The notes: generated from the letters alone by a model not told the origin. 64,000 nucleotides of DNA from an uncultured Bacteroidota bacterium (GCA_963832355.1 CAWHTX010000013.1:154328-218327), one strand, 5' to 3'. Numbered from the stretch's first letter, positions 49,603 through 59,641 are shown. Numbers and translations are program-made.

Positions 49603-52113
49603 ATGGATGGAAATTTCTCAGACAGACTTCAGGATGTAATCAGGTTAAGCCGTGAAGAAGCTCTTCGGCTTGGCCATGACTATATCGGTACTGAGCACTT
49701 ATTGTTAGGAATAATCAGGGAAGGACAGGGTGTAGCTGTTAGAATTCTAAGGAATCTCGACTGCGATCTTATGAAACTGAAGAAAGCGATCGAAGATACT
49801 GTCAGAACGTCAGGCGGCACTCTAACAATTGGAAATATCCCGCTTACGAAACAGGCTGAAAAGGTATTGAAAATTACGCAGATTGAATCGAAAATTTATA
49901 AGGCAGATGTTATCGGAACGGAGCATTTACTTTTATCGCTGTTGAGGGATGAAGACAATATTGCTACCCAGATACTTCACCAGTTTAACGTGACATACGA
50001 TTCTGCAAGGGCAGAACTGAATTCAATGTTAAGCAGCAAGAATCCGAAAGATCCCGCAGGAGCTGTTCCGCCTGCCGATAAAAAAGTTGAAAGAACGAAG
50101 ACACCTGTTCTCGATAATTTCGGTCGTGATCTTACCAAGCTGGCAATGGAGGATAAACTTGATCCTGTTGTGGGCAGGGAGAGAGAGATCGAGCGGGTTG
50201 CGCAGATCTTAAGCCGAAGGAAAAAGAACAACCCTGTTCTGATCGGCGAACCGGGCGTAGGTAAAACAGCTATAGCCGAGGGACTTGCTTTAAGAATAAT
50301 GCAGAAGAAAGTTCCCCGTATCCTACAGGATAAAAGAGTTGTTACTCTTGACCTTGCAGGATTGGTTGCCGGAACAAAATACCGCGGTCAGTTTGAAGAG
50401 CGAATGAAGGCATTGATGAATGAGCTTGAAAAAGCAAACGAAGTTATTCTTTTCATCGATGAGCTTCATACTATAGTAGGTGCTGGCGGTGCTTCGGGAT
50501 CGCTCGATGCATCAAACATGTTCAAACCTGCACTTGCACGCGGCGATATTCAGTGTATTGGTGCAACTACACTCGATGAATACCGCAAGTATATCGAAAC
50601 TGACGGTGCGCTCGACAGAAGGTTTCAGAAAGTTATGGTTGAACCGCCGACATATGAAGAAACACTGCAGATATTAAACAACATCAAGTTTAAATATGAA
50701 GAGCATCACCATGTAAAATACAGCTCAGATGCTATTGATTCAGCTGTAAAACTGAGCAACCGTTATATAACCGACAGGCATCTGCCTGATAAAGCGATCG
50801 ACGTAATAGATGAGGCAGGATCAAGAGTACATATGGGCAACTTTGAAGTTCCCCAGGAGGTTCTTGATCTTGAAGAAAGTATTGAAAAGGTAAGAGTAGA
50901 AAAAGCGACCGTTGTAAAAAGACAGGATTATGAAGAAGCTGCCCGATTAAGGGACAAGGAAAGAAACCTTCAGTCGGATCTTGAAATAGCACGCAGGGAA
51001 TGGGAAGCGAAGACAAAGGATATAGTTCATGATGTTAATGAAGAGGATATTGCCACTGTTGTTGCTATGATGACAGGTATCCCTGTTAACCGTGTAGCGC
51101 AGACTGAATCTGAAAAGCTTCTGAATATGACTGACGCTCTGAAGAAACAGATCGTAGGTCAGGATGAAGCAGTAGGCAAGCTTACAAAAGCGATCCGCAG
51201 AACAAGAGCAGGATTAAAGAATCCGAACAGACCTATAGGAAGCTTCATCTTCCTTGGTCCTACCGGTGTCGGTAAAACAGAGCTTTGTAAGGCGCTTGCT
51301 CGTTACCTGTTCGACAGCGAGAATGCGCTTATAAGAATTGATATGAGTGAGTATATGGAGAAATTCTCACTTTCCCGTCTGGTTGGAGCGCCTCCCGGAT
51401 ACGTCGGATACGAAGAAGGCGGTCAGCTTACAGAGAAAGTTCGCAGAAGACCATATTCAGTAGTACTTTTCGATGAGATCGAAAAAGCTCACCCGGATAT
51501 ATTCAGTATCCTTCTGCAGGTGCTTGATGACGGAATGCTCACCGATAGTCTCGGCAGGAAAGTTGACTTCAAGAATACAATCATTATAATGACATCGAAT
51601 ATCGGAGCAAGGGATATAAAGAACATCAGCTCATTTGGTTTCGGAGGCGAGAGTGAAGCAGACAGATACTCAAGTCTAAAGAACACTGTTGAAGAAGCGA
51701 TGAGAAAGCTGTTCAATCCTGAATTCCTTAACCGTGTTGATGAAACGATCGTATTCAGAAATCTCGAGAAAGAAGATATACTTCAGATCATCGATATTGA
51801 GATGGAGGATCTGCTGAAGAATATTCACGACAACAAGATGGAGCTGACTCTGGATCAGACAGCGAAAGAATTCCTGGTAGAGAAAGGATTCGACCAGAAA
51901 TTCGGTGCGAGACCATTGAGACGTGCAATACAAAAGTATGTTGAAGATCCTATTGCCGAAGAGATACTCAGAGGCAAGTTCAAGGAAGGCTCCAATATTG
52001 TAGCAAAACATGTTGAGAATATGGAAGAACTCATCTTTGTAAATGATAATATGGATATAAATATTACCGATGAGGAAGAAGAACAACCCGGTAAAGGTGA
52101 GTCAGGCTCATAA
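49603..52113 (+). CDS. clpC: ATP-dependent Clp protease ATP-binding subunit ClpC-type (Clp_N, AAA1, UVR linker, AAA2)
   Basis: 836 aa. Clp_N repeats (GTEHLLLG twice), Walker A GEPGVGKT and GPTGVGKT, a short UVR-like linker (QDYEEAARLRDKE), and GARPLRR. Confidence 0.92.
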   Translation: MDGNFSDRLQDVIRLSREEALRLGHDYIGTEHLLLGIIREGQGVAVRILRNLDCDLMKLKKAIEDTVRTSGGTLTIGNIPLTKQAEKVLKITQIESKIYKADVIGTEHLLLSLLRDEDNIATQILHQFNVTYDSARAELNSMLSSKNPKDPAGAVPPADKKVERTKTPVLDNFGRDLTKLAMEDKLDPVVGREREIERVAQILSRRKKNNPVLIGEPGVGKTAIAEGLALRIMQKKVPRILQDKRVVTLDLAGLVAGTKYRGQFEERMKALMNELEKANEVILFIDELHTIVGAGGASGSLDASNMFKPALARGDIQCIGATTLDEYRKYIETDGALDRRFQKVMVEPPTYEETLQILNNIKFKYEEHHHVKYSSDAIDSAVKLSNRYITDRHLPDKAIDVIDEAGSRVHMGNFEVPQEVLDLEESIEKVRVEKATVVKRQDYEEAARLRDKERNLQSDLEIARREWEAKTKDIVHDVNEEDIATVVAMMTGIPVNRVAQTESEKLLNMTDALKKQIVGQDEAVGKLTKAIRRTRAGLKNPNRPIGSFIFLGPTGVGKTELCKALARYLFDSENALIRIDMSEYMEKFSLSRLVGAPPGYVGYEEGGQLTEKVRRRPYSVVLFDEIEKAHPDIFSILLQVLDDGMLTDSLGRKVDFKNTIIIMTSNIGARDIKNISSFGFGGESEADRYSSLKNTVEEAMRKLFNPEFLNRVDETIVFRNLEKEDILQIIDIEMEDLLKNIHDNKMELTLDQTAKEFLVEKGFDQKFGARPLRRAIQKYVEDPIAEEILRGKFKEGSNIVAKHVENMEELIFVNDNMDINITDEEEEQPGKGESGS

Positions 52114-52146
52114 TATTGTGTGAGTGGTTACATACCGTAAACACTG

Positions 52147-52179
52147 AAAGGCGTATTTCTTTTAATACGCCTTTTTTTT
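52147..52179 (+). terminator. Rho-independent terminator after clpC
   Basis: 11-bp stem aaaggcgtatt / aatacgccttt with a 6-nt loop, followed by a T-run. Confidence 0.85.
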
Positions 52180-52218
52180 ATTTAAATTTCATTTTTGAAA
52201 CGTTAGTCCTAAACGACA

Positions 52219-52280
52219 TGTCATTCTGAATTTATTTCAGAATCTAAACAATGTGTCATTCCGAACATGTTCGGAATCTA
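52219..52280. repeat. Two tandem copies of a palindromic hairpin element TGTCATTCYGAA...TTCRGAATCTA
   Basis: Copy 1 spans 52219-52246 (attctgaa...ttcagaat). Copy 2 spans 52254-52280 (perfect 20-nt palindrome attccgaacatgttcggaat). The Y/R differences are compensatory. Confidence 0.6.
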
Positions 52281-52315
52281 TAAGAATAGAATAATTATAA
52301 CAACAACAGGAGGCG

Positions 52316-52597
52316 ATGATGCAGGCACTGGAAGAAACTAAAATTAATGAGAAGATCGGCAGTCTGAAAGGCTGGGAATACAAAAACAACCAGATAGGGA
52401 AAGAATACGAGCTAAAGGACTTTAAGGAGGCGCTGAGCTTTGTGAATAAAATAGGCGACAGGGCAGAGGAAATGGATCATCATCCCGATATATTTCTGCA
52501 CGACTGGAACAAAGTGAAGATAACCGTTTCTACCCACAGCGCCGGCGGTATTACCGAGAACGATTTCAAGCTGGCAGAGAAAATCGAAAACATCTGA
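52316..52597 (+). CDS. Pterin-4-alpha-carbinolamine dehydratase (PCD/DCoH)
   Basis: 93 aa. L.GW..., the F.F...A..FVN pattern and the EEMDHHPDI motif. SD aggagg lies upstream. Confidence 0.88.
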   Translation: MMQALEETKINEKIGSLKGWEYKNNQIGKEYELKDFKEALSFVNKIGDRAEEMDHHPDIFLHDWNKVKITVSTHSAGGITENDFKLAEKIENI

Positions 52598-52606
52598 TTT
52601 CCGGAA

Positions 52607-52918
52607 ATGAACAAACGACTTGAAGGACTGCTGGAGTTTTATAAAAAGGATCCGAACGATCCTTTTACTTTATACGGACTGGCACTTGAGTATATGTCGG
52701 ACCAGCAGTTTGATGCAGCGGAAAAATATTTCCGGCTGCTGCTTGATAGCGATCCGGATTATGTTCCAGGGTATCTCCAGTATGCTCAGCTTAAAGAAAA
52801 GCAGGACAAAATTGATGAAGCTAAAGAACTTTACAGCAGGGGAATAGAGGCGGCAATTAAATCAGGAGATAAAAAATCAGTAAAAGAAATGGAGGATTTC
52901 CTTAGTGATCTCGAATGA
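52607..52918 (+). CDS. Small TPR-like repeat protein
   Basis: 103 aa, helical, with a TPR-like consensus (YGLALEY...[19 protein letters not shown]). Confidence 0.55.
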   Translation: MNKRLEGLLEFYKKDPNDPFTLYGLALEYMSDQQFDAAEKYFRLLLDSDPDYVPGYLQYAQLKEKQDKIDEAKELYSRGIEAAIKSGDKKSVKEMEDFLSDLE

Positions 52919-53489
52919 AAATGATATTCTTGACATCTTTAAAAAAACAGGGGCTTTGCTACAGGGACATTTTCTACTTACTTCAGGAAGACACAGCAAT
53001 ATGTACTTCCAGTGTGCTAAAGTGCTTCAGTATCCTGAATATACGGAGCAGGTCTGCCGCATCATTGCGGATTATTTCAAAGACTATGAAATCGATACTG
53101 TGATTTCACCTGCTATGGGTGGAATAATTGTGGGACAGGAAGTTGCCCGCCAGCTCGACAAAAGATCTATATTTGCCGAAAGAGAAGACAAGAAGCTGAC
53201 ATTGAGGAGAGGCTTTACTATAGACAAGGGAGAAAAGGTATTAGTATGTGAAGACGTTGTTACAACGGGCGGATCTGTTTTCGAGGTAATAGATATAGTT
53301 AAAGAGCAGGGCGGTGAAGTGGCAGGAGTAGGTTTCATTGTCGACCGCAGCAACGGGAAAGTCAATTTCGGATATCCTCAGAAGAGCACAATGAAAATGG
53401 AGGTGGTTTCTTATACACCTGACGAATGTCCTCTTTGCAAAGAAAATATTCCTCTCGTCAAACCGGGATCCAGAAAAGTTATAGCCTGA
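52905..53489 (+). CDS. pyrE: Orotate phosphoribosyltransferase
   Basis: 194 aa with a GTG start. [11 protein letters not shown] and the PRPP-binding loop [13 protein letters not shown]. Confidence 0.9.
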   Translation: MISNENDILDIFKKTGALLQGHFLLTSGRHSNMYFQCAKVLQYPEYTEQVCRIIADYFKDYEIDTVISPAMGGIIVGQEVARQLDKRSIFAEREDKKLTLRRGFTIDKGEKVLVCEDVVTTGGSVFEVIDIVKEQGGEVAGVGFIVDRSNGKVNFGYPQKSTMKMEVVSYTPDECPLCKENIPLVKPGSRKVIA

Positions 53490-53528
53490 TTTTATATTTT
53501 TGGGATATGTTCTAATTATTATTCCGGA

Positions 53529-54803
53529 ATGACAATGAAAACCATCCTTATAATTTTGTTAGCTTCGGTTACCTTGTTCCCGCAGGTTAATTTCGATCAA
53601 TATTTTAAAGATAAAACCTTAAGAGTTGATTACTTCCATACGGGCGACAGTCTTAATGATTCATATTCAATCGATGAGCTGAAAGAAGAGCCTTACTGGG
53701 GAGGATCAAAAACCAGTCTTATCGATACTTTTAATTACGGGCGATATAAAGTTAAGGTGTTCGACCAGGAAGAAAACAAGCTGATCTTTTCACATACCTA
53801 TTCGACATTATTTGATGAGTGGCAGACAACGGACGAAGCAAAACATACGGTGAAAACCTTCAGCGAAACTGTTACTATGCCATTCCCGAAGGAGAAGATA
53901 AGGGTAGAGTTTTACAGTCGCGACAGATTGAATGCACTTCATAAAAAATTCGAATACAGCGTTGATCCGGACAACTATTTTATCTCACCGGAAAGACCCC
54001 TTGAATATCCTTCATTTGAAGTTGTTCACAACGGCGATCCTGCGGTTAAGGTGGATATAGTGATGCTTCCGGAAGGATATACAAAAGATGAGATGGATGA
54101 ATTTAAATCCGATTGTAATAAATTTGCCGGATACCTTTTTAATGTATCGCCCTATTCGGAAAATAAGGATAAATTTAACATATGGGGCGTTGAGGCGCCT
54201 TCTCCTGAGGAGGGAACGGATATTCCGGAAAGAGGAATATGGAAAAAAACGCTGATGAATACTGAATTTTATACATTCGACCTTGAAAGGTATTTGATGA
54301 CATCGGATTATAAGTCAGTACGCGATCTGGCAGCCAATGCACCATACGACCAGATCTATATACTGGTCAACTCCGGTAAATACGGCGGCGGAGCTATCTA
54401 TAATTACTATTCTGTATGTGTTAATAATAATATGTTCAGTGAGTATGTGTTCTCGCATGAATTCGGACATGGTTTTGCTTTCCTGGCTGATGAATATTAT
54501 ACATCTGATGTAGCCTATAATGATTTTTACCCGTTAAATGTTGAACCTCTCGAACCGAATATTACAACGCTGGTTGACTTTGATTCGAAATGGAAAGATA
54601 TGGTAGATAAGAATACTCCTATTCCTACACCAGCTACAGCGGAATATGCGCATAAGGTAGGAGTTTTTGAAGGCGGGGGATATGCCGCGAAGGGAATATA
54701 CCGCCCTTATGAGGACTGCAGTATGAAAACCGCAACAGTAAATAATTTTTGTCCTGTCTGTAAGCGGGCCATTCAGGAGATGATAGATTTTTTAACTAAT
54801 TGA
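53529..54803 (+). CDS. Secreted M64 (IgA-peptidase-like) zinc metallopeptidase
   Basis: 424 aa with a signal peptide. The zinc motif is HEFGHGFAFLADEY and the overall M64 layout is present. Confidence 0.8.
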   Translation: MTMKTILIILLASVTLFPQVNFDQYFKDKTLRVDYFHTGDSLNDSYSIDELKEEPYWGGSKTSLIDTFNYGRYKVKVFDQEENKLIFSHTYSTLFDEWQTTDEAKHTVKTFSETVTMPFPKEKIRVEFYSRDRLNALHKKFEYSVDPDNYFISPERPLEYPSFEVVHNGDPAVKVDIVMLPEGYTKDEMDEFKSDCNKFAGYLFNVSPYSENKDKFNIWGVEAPSPEEGTDIPERGIWKKTLMNTEFYTFDLERYLMTSDYKSVRDLAANAPYDQIYILVNSGKYGGGAIYNYYSVCVNNNMFSEYVFSHEFGHGFAFLADEYYTSDVAYNDFYPLNVEPLEPNITTLVDFDSKWKDMVDKNTPIPTPATAEYAHKVGVFEGGGYAAKGIYRPYEDCSMKTATVNNFCPVCKRAIQEMIDFLTN

Positions 54804-54927
54804 GAATTTAGCGGATTGATGGGTTGTCGTATTGAGCGAATAATTTCGTAAATTCAGCAATTCATTAATTTAATAATTTTTTTCATTCACGAATTAGCAA
54901 AATTCGTTAATTCCCTAAATTCACCCT

Positions 54928-56154
54928 ATGGATCAACGAAAACTATATAAAACAGTAGAAACGATAGCATCGCAGAAATTCCCTTCGGAAGAGGCAATGA
55001 TGATTGAGGTGCTTAACCAGATAATTGCTAATGAACAGATTGATGTTAACGGCGGCAGGATCTGGAAACTTAAAGTAGATGAAGGAAGCTATGCCTTATT
55101 ATACCAGACCGGTTCGGTGGAAAAGATCCATCCCGACTTCAGAATTGTAATAAGCGAATACCCTATATTCGATTTTATTGCCAAAGAACGGACTGTATTG
55201 GGAAATGAAACGAACGAGACCCTCAGGCAGAAAGGAATATTTAAGTATTCAGCGTCAGGTGTCGGCGATAAGATCAAAGTAAATGATAAACCTTATTATG
55301 AATACCTTTTTGCGTTGAACAGCGAGAATATAGATGATGATTTCAGGATCACTCTCAATATAATTGCCACTGCATTAACCTCGCGGATAAAACAAAGAAG
55401 AGCGGCATCCTCAGTTTATCATCTGAAAGCCGATCTTGATAAAGCCAGAGAACTGCAGAAAAGCATTCTGCCGGAGCATGAATATCACTTCTTTGATTAT
55501 GAGATATTCGGAGTTACCAATCCCGCTGAGATAGTTGGCGGCGATTTCTTTGATTACCTTGAAGTAGGGGATGACCGTCTCGGTGTTACAGTAGGTGATG
55601 CCGCCAGTAAAGGCGTTAGCGCATCGGCGGAAGCGATGTACATCTCCGGTGCTCTCAGGATGGCCAGCAACTTTGAGCTTAAGATATCCCCGATGATGAA
55701 GCGGATGAACGAGCTGGTTAATAAGATCTTTGCCGATGATAAATTTGCCTCGCTTTTCTACGGCGAACTTTCACCCGACAAATGCGGATTATTTTTATAT
55801 GCTAATGCCGGACACAACCCGCCTTTCTTTCTTAATTCAGATACTAATGAAATCCGGGAACTTGCCCCGACGGGGCCTGTACTTGGTCCCACTCCTCATG
55901 GAAAATATACCGTGGAAAATATCAATTTCCAGAAGAATGATATTCTTCTTATTTATTCAGATGGAGTTACAGAGTCTGCTAATGAGAACTTTGAGATGTA
56001 CGAGGAAGAAAGACTTAAAAGACTCCTTGTGAGTGTGAAAGATAAATCTCCCCGGGAAATTACCTACGCTATACTGGAAGATGTGATAAAATTTTCAAAA
56101 AGCGGCAAGTATTCAGACGATAAGACCCTTGTTGTAATCAAAAAAAATAATTGA
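54928..56154 (+). CDS. GAF-like plus SpoIIE/PP2C phosphatase (stand-alone)
   Basis: 408 aa. GGDFFDYL, VGDAASKGVSAS, NAGHNPPFF, IYSDGVTES and DDKTLVVIK. Confidence 0.85.
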   Translation: MDQRKLYKTVETIASQKFPSEEAMMIEVLNQIIANEQIDVNGGRIWKLKVDEGSYALLYQTGSVEKIHPDFRIVISEYPIFDFIAKERTVLGNETNETLRQKGIFKYSASGVGDKIKVNDKPYYEYLFALNSENIDDDFRITLNIIATALTSRIKQRRAASSVYHLKADLDKARELQKSILPEHEYHFFDYEIFGVTNPAEIVGGDFFDYLEVGDDRLGVTVGDAASKGVSASAEAMYISGALRMASNFELKISPMMKRMNELVNKIFADDKFASLFYGELSPDKCGLFLYANAGHNPPFFLNSDTNEIRELAPTGPVLGPTPHGKYTVENINFQKNDILLIYSDGVTESANENFEMYEEERLKRLLVSVKDKSPREITYAILEDVIKFSKSGKYSDDKTLVVIKKNN

Positions 56155-56249
56155 TCTGTATAACAGCAGGCAGAATCTATCCTTCATTTCAGGGAAATTT
56201 TCCTTCGAATTGGTTATTATTTAACATCAGATTTCAAAAAGGTTGAATA

Positions 56250-57614
56250 ATGATCAAATCTATTAATCCCGCAACAGAAGAAGAAATTAAATCATACCAG
56301 GAAATGGACCTTGAAGAGGTTACAAAAATTATCACATCGGCAGATCGTGATTTTGGTGAATGGCACAGGACTTCCTTTAGTACGAGATCGCAGCTGATGA
56401 AAAAAGCAGGTGAGTTACTGAGGAAAGATAAAGAGAAGCATTCGAAGATAATGACCGAAGAGATGGGAAAGCCGATTGCACAATCACGTTCCGAGGTAGA
56501 GAAATGCGCGTGGTTATGCGATTACTTTGCTGAGAACGGCGAGGAATTTCTTAAAGATAAAATAATTGGGAGTGATGCTTCTAAAAGTTTTGTAACATTC
56601 CAGCCGCTGGGAGTAGTACTGGCGGTAATGCCATGGAATTTTCCATACTGGCAGGTATTCAGGTTTGCGGTGCCGGGACTAATGGCAGGGAATGGGGGTG
56701 TGCTGAAGCATGCTTCAAATGTAACAGGATGTGCACTGGCTATAGAGGAAGTTTTCAGGGAAGCAGGTTTTCCTGAGAACCTTTTCAGAACCCTGGTAGT
56801 CTCTTCCAAACATATGGATAAAGTAATTCAGCTTGAGAAAATTCGTGCTGTTACATTAACCGGAAGTGTTCCTGCAGGAAAAGCAGTTGCCTCCAAAGCG
56901 GGTTCCCTTGTGAAGAAAACTGTGCTTGAGCTGGGAGGAAGTGATCCCTACGTAGTGCTTGAAGATGCTGACCTTGAAGCCGCAGCAGATACCTGTGTGA
57001 CATCCCGGTTAATAAACGGGGGACAAAGCTGTATAGCCGCAAAAAGATTTATAATTGTAGAAGAGGTATATGATAAGTTCAGGGATCTGTTTGTTGAAAA
57101 AATGAAAGCGAAGAAGATGGGGGATCCGCTTGATGAATCAAATGACCTTGGTCCCCAGGCCAGGGACAATCTTCGCGATGATCTGCACGACCAGGTAAAG
57201 AAAAGTGTTGATATTGGTGCGAAACTGCTTCTGGGCGGAGAGATACCTGATATGAAAGGTGCTTACTATCCTCCGACAGTGCTTGAGAATGTAGGACAGG
57301 GTATGCCCGCATATGATGAGGAATTATTCGGACCTGCTGCCTCACTGATAAGAGCGAAGGATGAGATAGAAGCCGTTAAAATTGCTAATGATTCGGTATT
57401 CGGACTGGGAGCTGCCGTATTTACAAATGATGTTAAAAGAGGCGAGAGAATAGCCAGGGAAGAATTAAATGCCGGCAACTGTTTTGTTAATGCGTTTGTT
57501 AAATCCGATCCGAGGCTGCCGTTCGGCGGAGTAAAAGAATCGGGTTACGGCCGCGAACTCTCTTATTTCGGTATACATGAGTTCGTTAACATTAAGACAG
57601 TTTACGTTAAGTAG
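56250..57614 (+). CDS. NAD(P)-dependent aldehyde dehydrogenase (succinate-semialdehyde dehydrogenase-like)
   Basis: 454 aa. PWNFP, the catalytic LELGG and GQSCIAAKR motifs, and EELFGP. Confidence 0.88.
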   Translation: MIKSINPATEEEIKSYQEMDLEEVTKIITSADRDFGEWHRTSFSTRSQLMKKAGELLRKDKEKHSKIMTEEMGKPIAQSRSEVEKCAWLCDYFAENGEEFLKDKIIGSDASKSFVTFQPLGVVLAVMPWNFPYWQVFRFAVPGLMAGNGGVLKHASNVTGCALAIEEVFREAGFPENLFRTLVVSSKHMDKVIQLEKIRAVTLTGSVPAGKAVASKAGSLVKKTVLELGGSDPYVVLEDADLEAAADTCVTSRLINGGQSCIAAKRFIIVEEVYDKFRDLFVEKMKAKKMGDPLDESNDLGPQARDNLRDDLHDQVKKSVDIGAKLLLGGEIPDMKGAYYPPTVLENVGQGMPAYDEELFGPAASLIRAKDEIEAVKIANDSVFGLGAAVFTNDVKRGERIAREELNAGNCFVNAFVKSDPRLPFGGVKESGYGRELSYFGIHEFVNIKTVYVK

Positions 57615-57903
57615 ATTAGCGGTATCTTAGCAGCCCCTCGTACTGCAACCCAACAACTCCCTTCCGCATAGCGGAGGTATACTCATGGTTGCTAATTGAA
57701 TTTAACGACAAAAAAAACTATAATGGATTCACTGTAAAATCATTTATAACGATTGAAAATCAGAGCCAGGAACCAGTTCAGAAACCTCCGATCTCACTGT
57801 TTAATATTTCTACAATTTACCCCTAAAAATGCGTGTTGAACCGTCTTTGAACCGTCTATACTACGGGATAAAACCGAGATAAATACACACCAAAATGGAT
57901 TGC

Positions 57904-58158
57904 TCAAACCCCTTCATCCCAATCAGTGTAGTCGGGACCTTTGTCTTCATCAGGGAAGGGATCGACTGAATCCTGTCCGAGATTCTCAATAGTGCCGTCT
58001 TTCCTTAAAACTACAAGTTTAGCTTCAAGTCCTACTGCTATTTCTTTTGCTGCTTCTATAGCTTCCTGTTTTGTGTTCTTCTCATCGATCGGTTTATCTT
58101 CCTCATTCCTTCTCACAGCCCATTTATTGTCTTTCGGGATTACATAAATCTTATTCAT
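57904..58158 (-). CDS. DUF2188 domain protein
   Basis: 84 aa. The KWAVRR...TKQEAIEAAKEIA...LVVLRKDGTI pattern is typical of DUF2188. Confidence 0.7.
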   Translation of the reverse strand: MNKIYVIPKDNKWAVRRNEEDKPIDEKNTKQEAIEAAKEIAVGLEAKLVVLRKDGTIENLGQDSVDPFPDEDKGPDYTDWDEGV

Positions 58159-58222
58159 TGTCGTTCCTTTTTGTAGAAAACTTATAGAATAAATTTTATC
58201 TTAACAGTGAGGTTTATCATTT

Positions 58223-59533
58223 ATGCAGGATACATTAAAACTTCTACCGGAATATTTACTGAAGAATGATACGGCAATGACTTCGGCAGACCTTTTTATA
58301 CTGCTTCAGAAGCTTGGTGTAGCGATCCTTATAGGGCTGCTGATTGGCCTCGAAAGGGAGCACTCACGTCCCCAGGATGAAAAGATGTTCGCCGGGGTGA
58401 GAACTACTCCTTTAATCGCCCTGCTAGGTTTTGTTGCCGGACTGGTTGCATCGTTTACTTCATACTGGGTTTACTTCATTATTTTCGCCGGGTTTGCTTC
58501 ACTTGTTACCACTTCTCATGTTTTCTCCGCAAAATCCGGCAGGCCTGGAGGCACGTCTGAAGTAGCACTTTTAATTGTATTTCTGCTTGGGTCTGTTGTC
58601 TATTTCAATTTTATAATCCTCGCTGCTGTAATAGCCGTGATTGTCACCCTGTTCCTGACACTGAAACTGCAGCTTCACAAGTTTGTGGGAAAGGTTAGTG
58701 AAGAAGACTTATACGCCACGCTCAAGCTTGCAATAATTACGATAATTGTACTTCCTCTCCTTCCTGATAAAACCTACGGACCTCTCGCTGTTTTAAACCC
58801 AAGACTTATCTGGTATATGGTGATACTGGTAAGCGGTATCAGCTTTGTGGGATATGTTCTGATCAAGGTATTCGGCGAAGGAAAAGGAATATTCATTACC
58901 GGCTTATTGGGAGGAATGGTTTCAAGTACAGCTGTGGCCTATTCATTATCTAAAAAAAGTAAAGAAAACGGTTCGCTGTCACCCGAGTTTGGAGTGGGGA
59001 TCCTGCTTGCTTCAACAATAATGTATGTAAGGGTTTTTATTGTTGTACTTATTCTTAATAGTGAACTGATTGAGGTCCTGTGGTTTCCGCTATTAATATT
59101 TACTGTTGCCGGGTTGATCGTAAGCGTGATAATGTCGAAGAAGTTTACAAACGGAAAACACGATCAGATAGAGCTGAACAATCCTTTCAGGCTCAAGTCG
59201 GCGATACTTTTCGGAGTAATTTTCGGGATCGTGATCTTCGCTGCCAAGGCAGGACAGGTTTACCTGGGCTCGGGTGGACTATATGCTGCAAGTGGACTCG
59301 CCGGATTGACCAGCGTAGATGCGATAGTGCTCTCACTTGCCAAACTTGCAAGCGGCAGTGTCTCATCGGAAGTGGCTATGACTGCAGTGATCATTGCAAC
59401 TATATCAAACAATATTGTTAAGGCAATAATTTCCGCGGTATGGGGATCAAAAAATATAAGAAAATATACGTTTACCGGGCTGGGGATTCTTTCGGTTATA
59501 TCGATAATTTTCCTGGTGTTTGTGCTGCTGTAA
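58223..59533 (+). CDS. MgtC/SapB family membrane protein with a DUF4010 C-terminal half
   Basis: 436 aa polytopic protein. The N-terminal LLIGLEREHS motif is typical of the MgtC family. Confidence 0.75.
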   Translation: MQDTLKLLPEYLLKNDTAMTSADLFILLQKLGVAILIGLLIGLEREHSRPQDEKMFAGVRTTPLIALLGFVAGLVASFTSYWVYFIIFAGFASLVTTSHVFSAKSGRPGGTSEVALLIVFLLGSVVYFNFIILAAVIAVIVTLFLTLKLQLHKFVGKVSEEDLYATLKLAIITIIVLPLLPDKTYGPLAVLNPRLIWYMVILVSGISFVGYVLIKVFGEGKGIFITGLLGGMVSSTAVAYSLSKKSKENGSLSPEFGVGILLASTIMYVRVFIVVLILNSELIEVLWFPLLIFTVAGLIVSVIMSKKFTNGKHDQIELNNPFRLKSAILFGVIFGIVIFAAKAGQVYLGSGGLYAASGLAGLTSVDAIVLSLAKLASGSVSSEVAMTAVIIATISNNIVKAIISAVWGSKNIRKYTFTGLGILSVISIIFLVFVLL

Positions 59534-59584
59534 TGAAGGATTGAGAGATTGCTTCGCTCGGGTAATCGTTCGCAGCGACAGCAC

Positions 59585-59614
59585 AAAAAAAGAGACTGAA
59601 ACTCAGCCTCTCTT
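59585..59614 (-). terminator. Possible terminator downstream of the lipoprotein gene (minus strand)
   Basis: Minus-strand reading is agaga-gg-ctga-gtt-tcag-tctct followed by ttttttt. Confidence 0.5.
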
Positions 59615-59641
59615 CTTAATGCAGGTAATGAAAGATAATTT

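Noticed and set aside
57615-57696. tRNA-like cloverleaf in the 82-nt multi-stem region after the aldehyde dehydrogenase gene
   Set aside because: There is no T-loop (GTTCRANY), no D-loop signature and no 7-bp acceptor stem with a discriminator. It is retained only as a possible structured 3' element in the findings.
59534-59584. gattgcttcgctcgggtaatcgttcgcagcgacagc segment after the MgtC-like gene, which resembles short intergenic repeat families
   Set aside because: There is only one copy in the window, it forms only a 5-bp stem (tcgct/agcga), and it cannot be evaluated without the whole genome.
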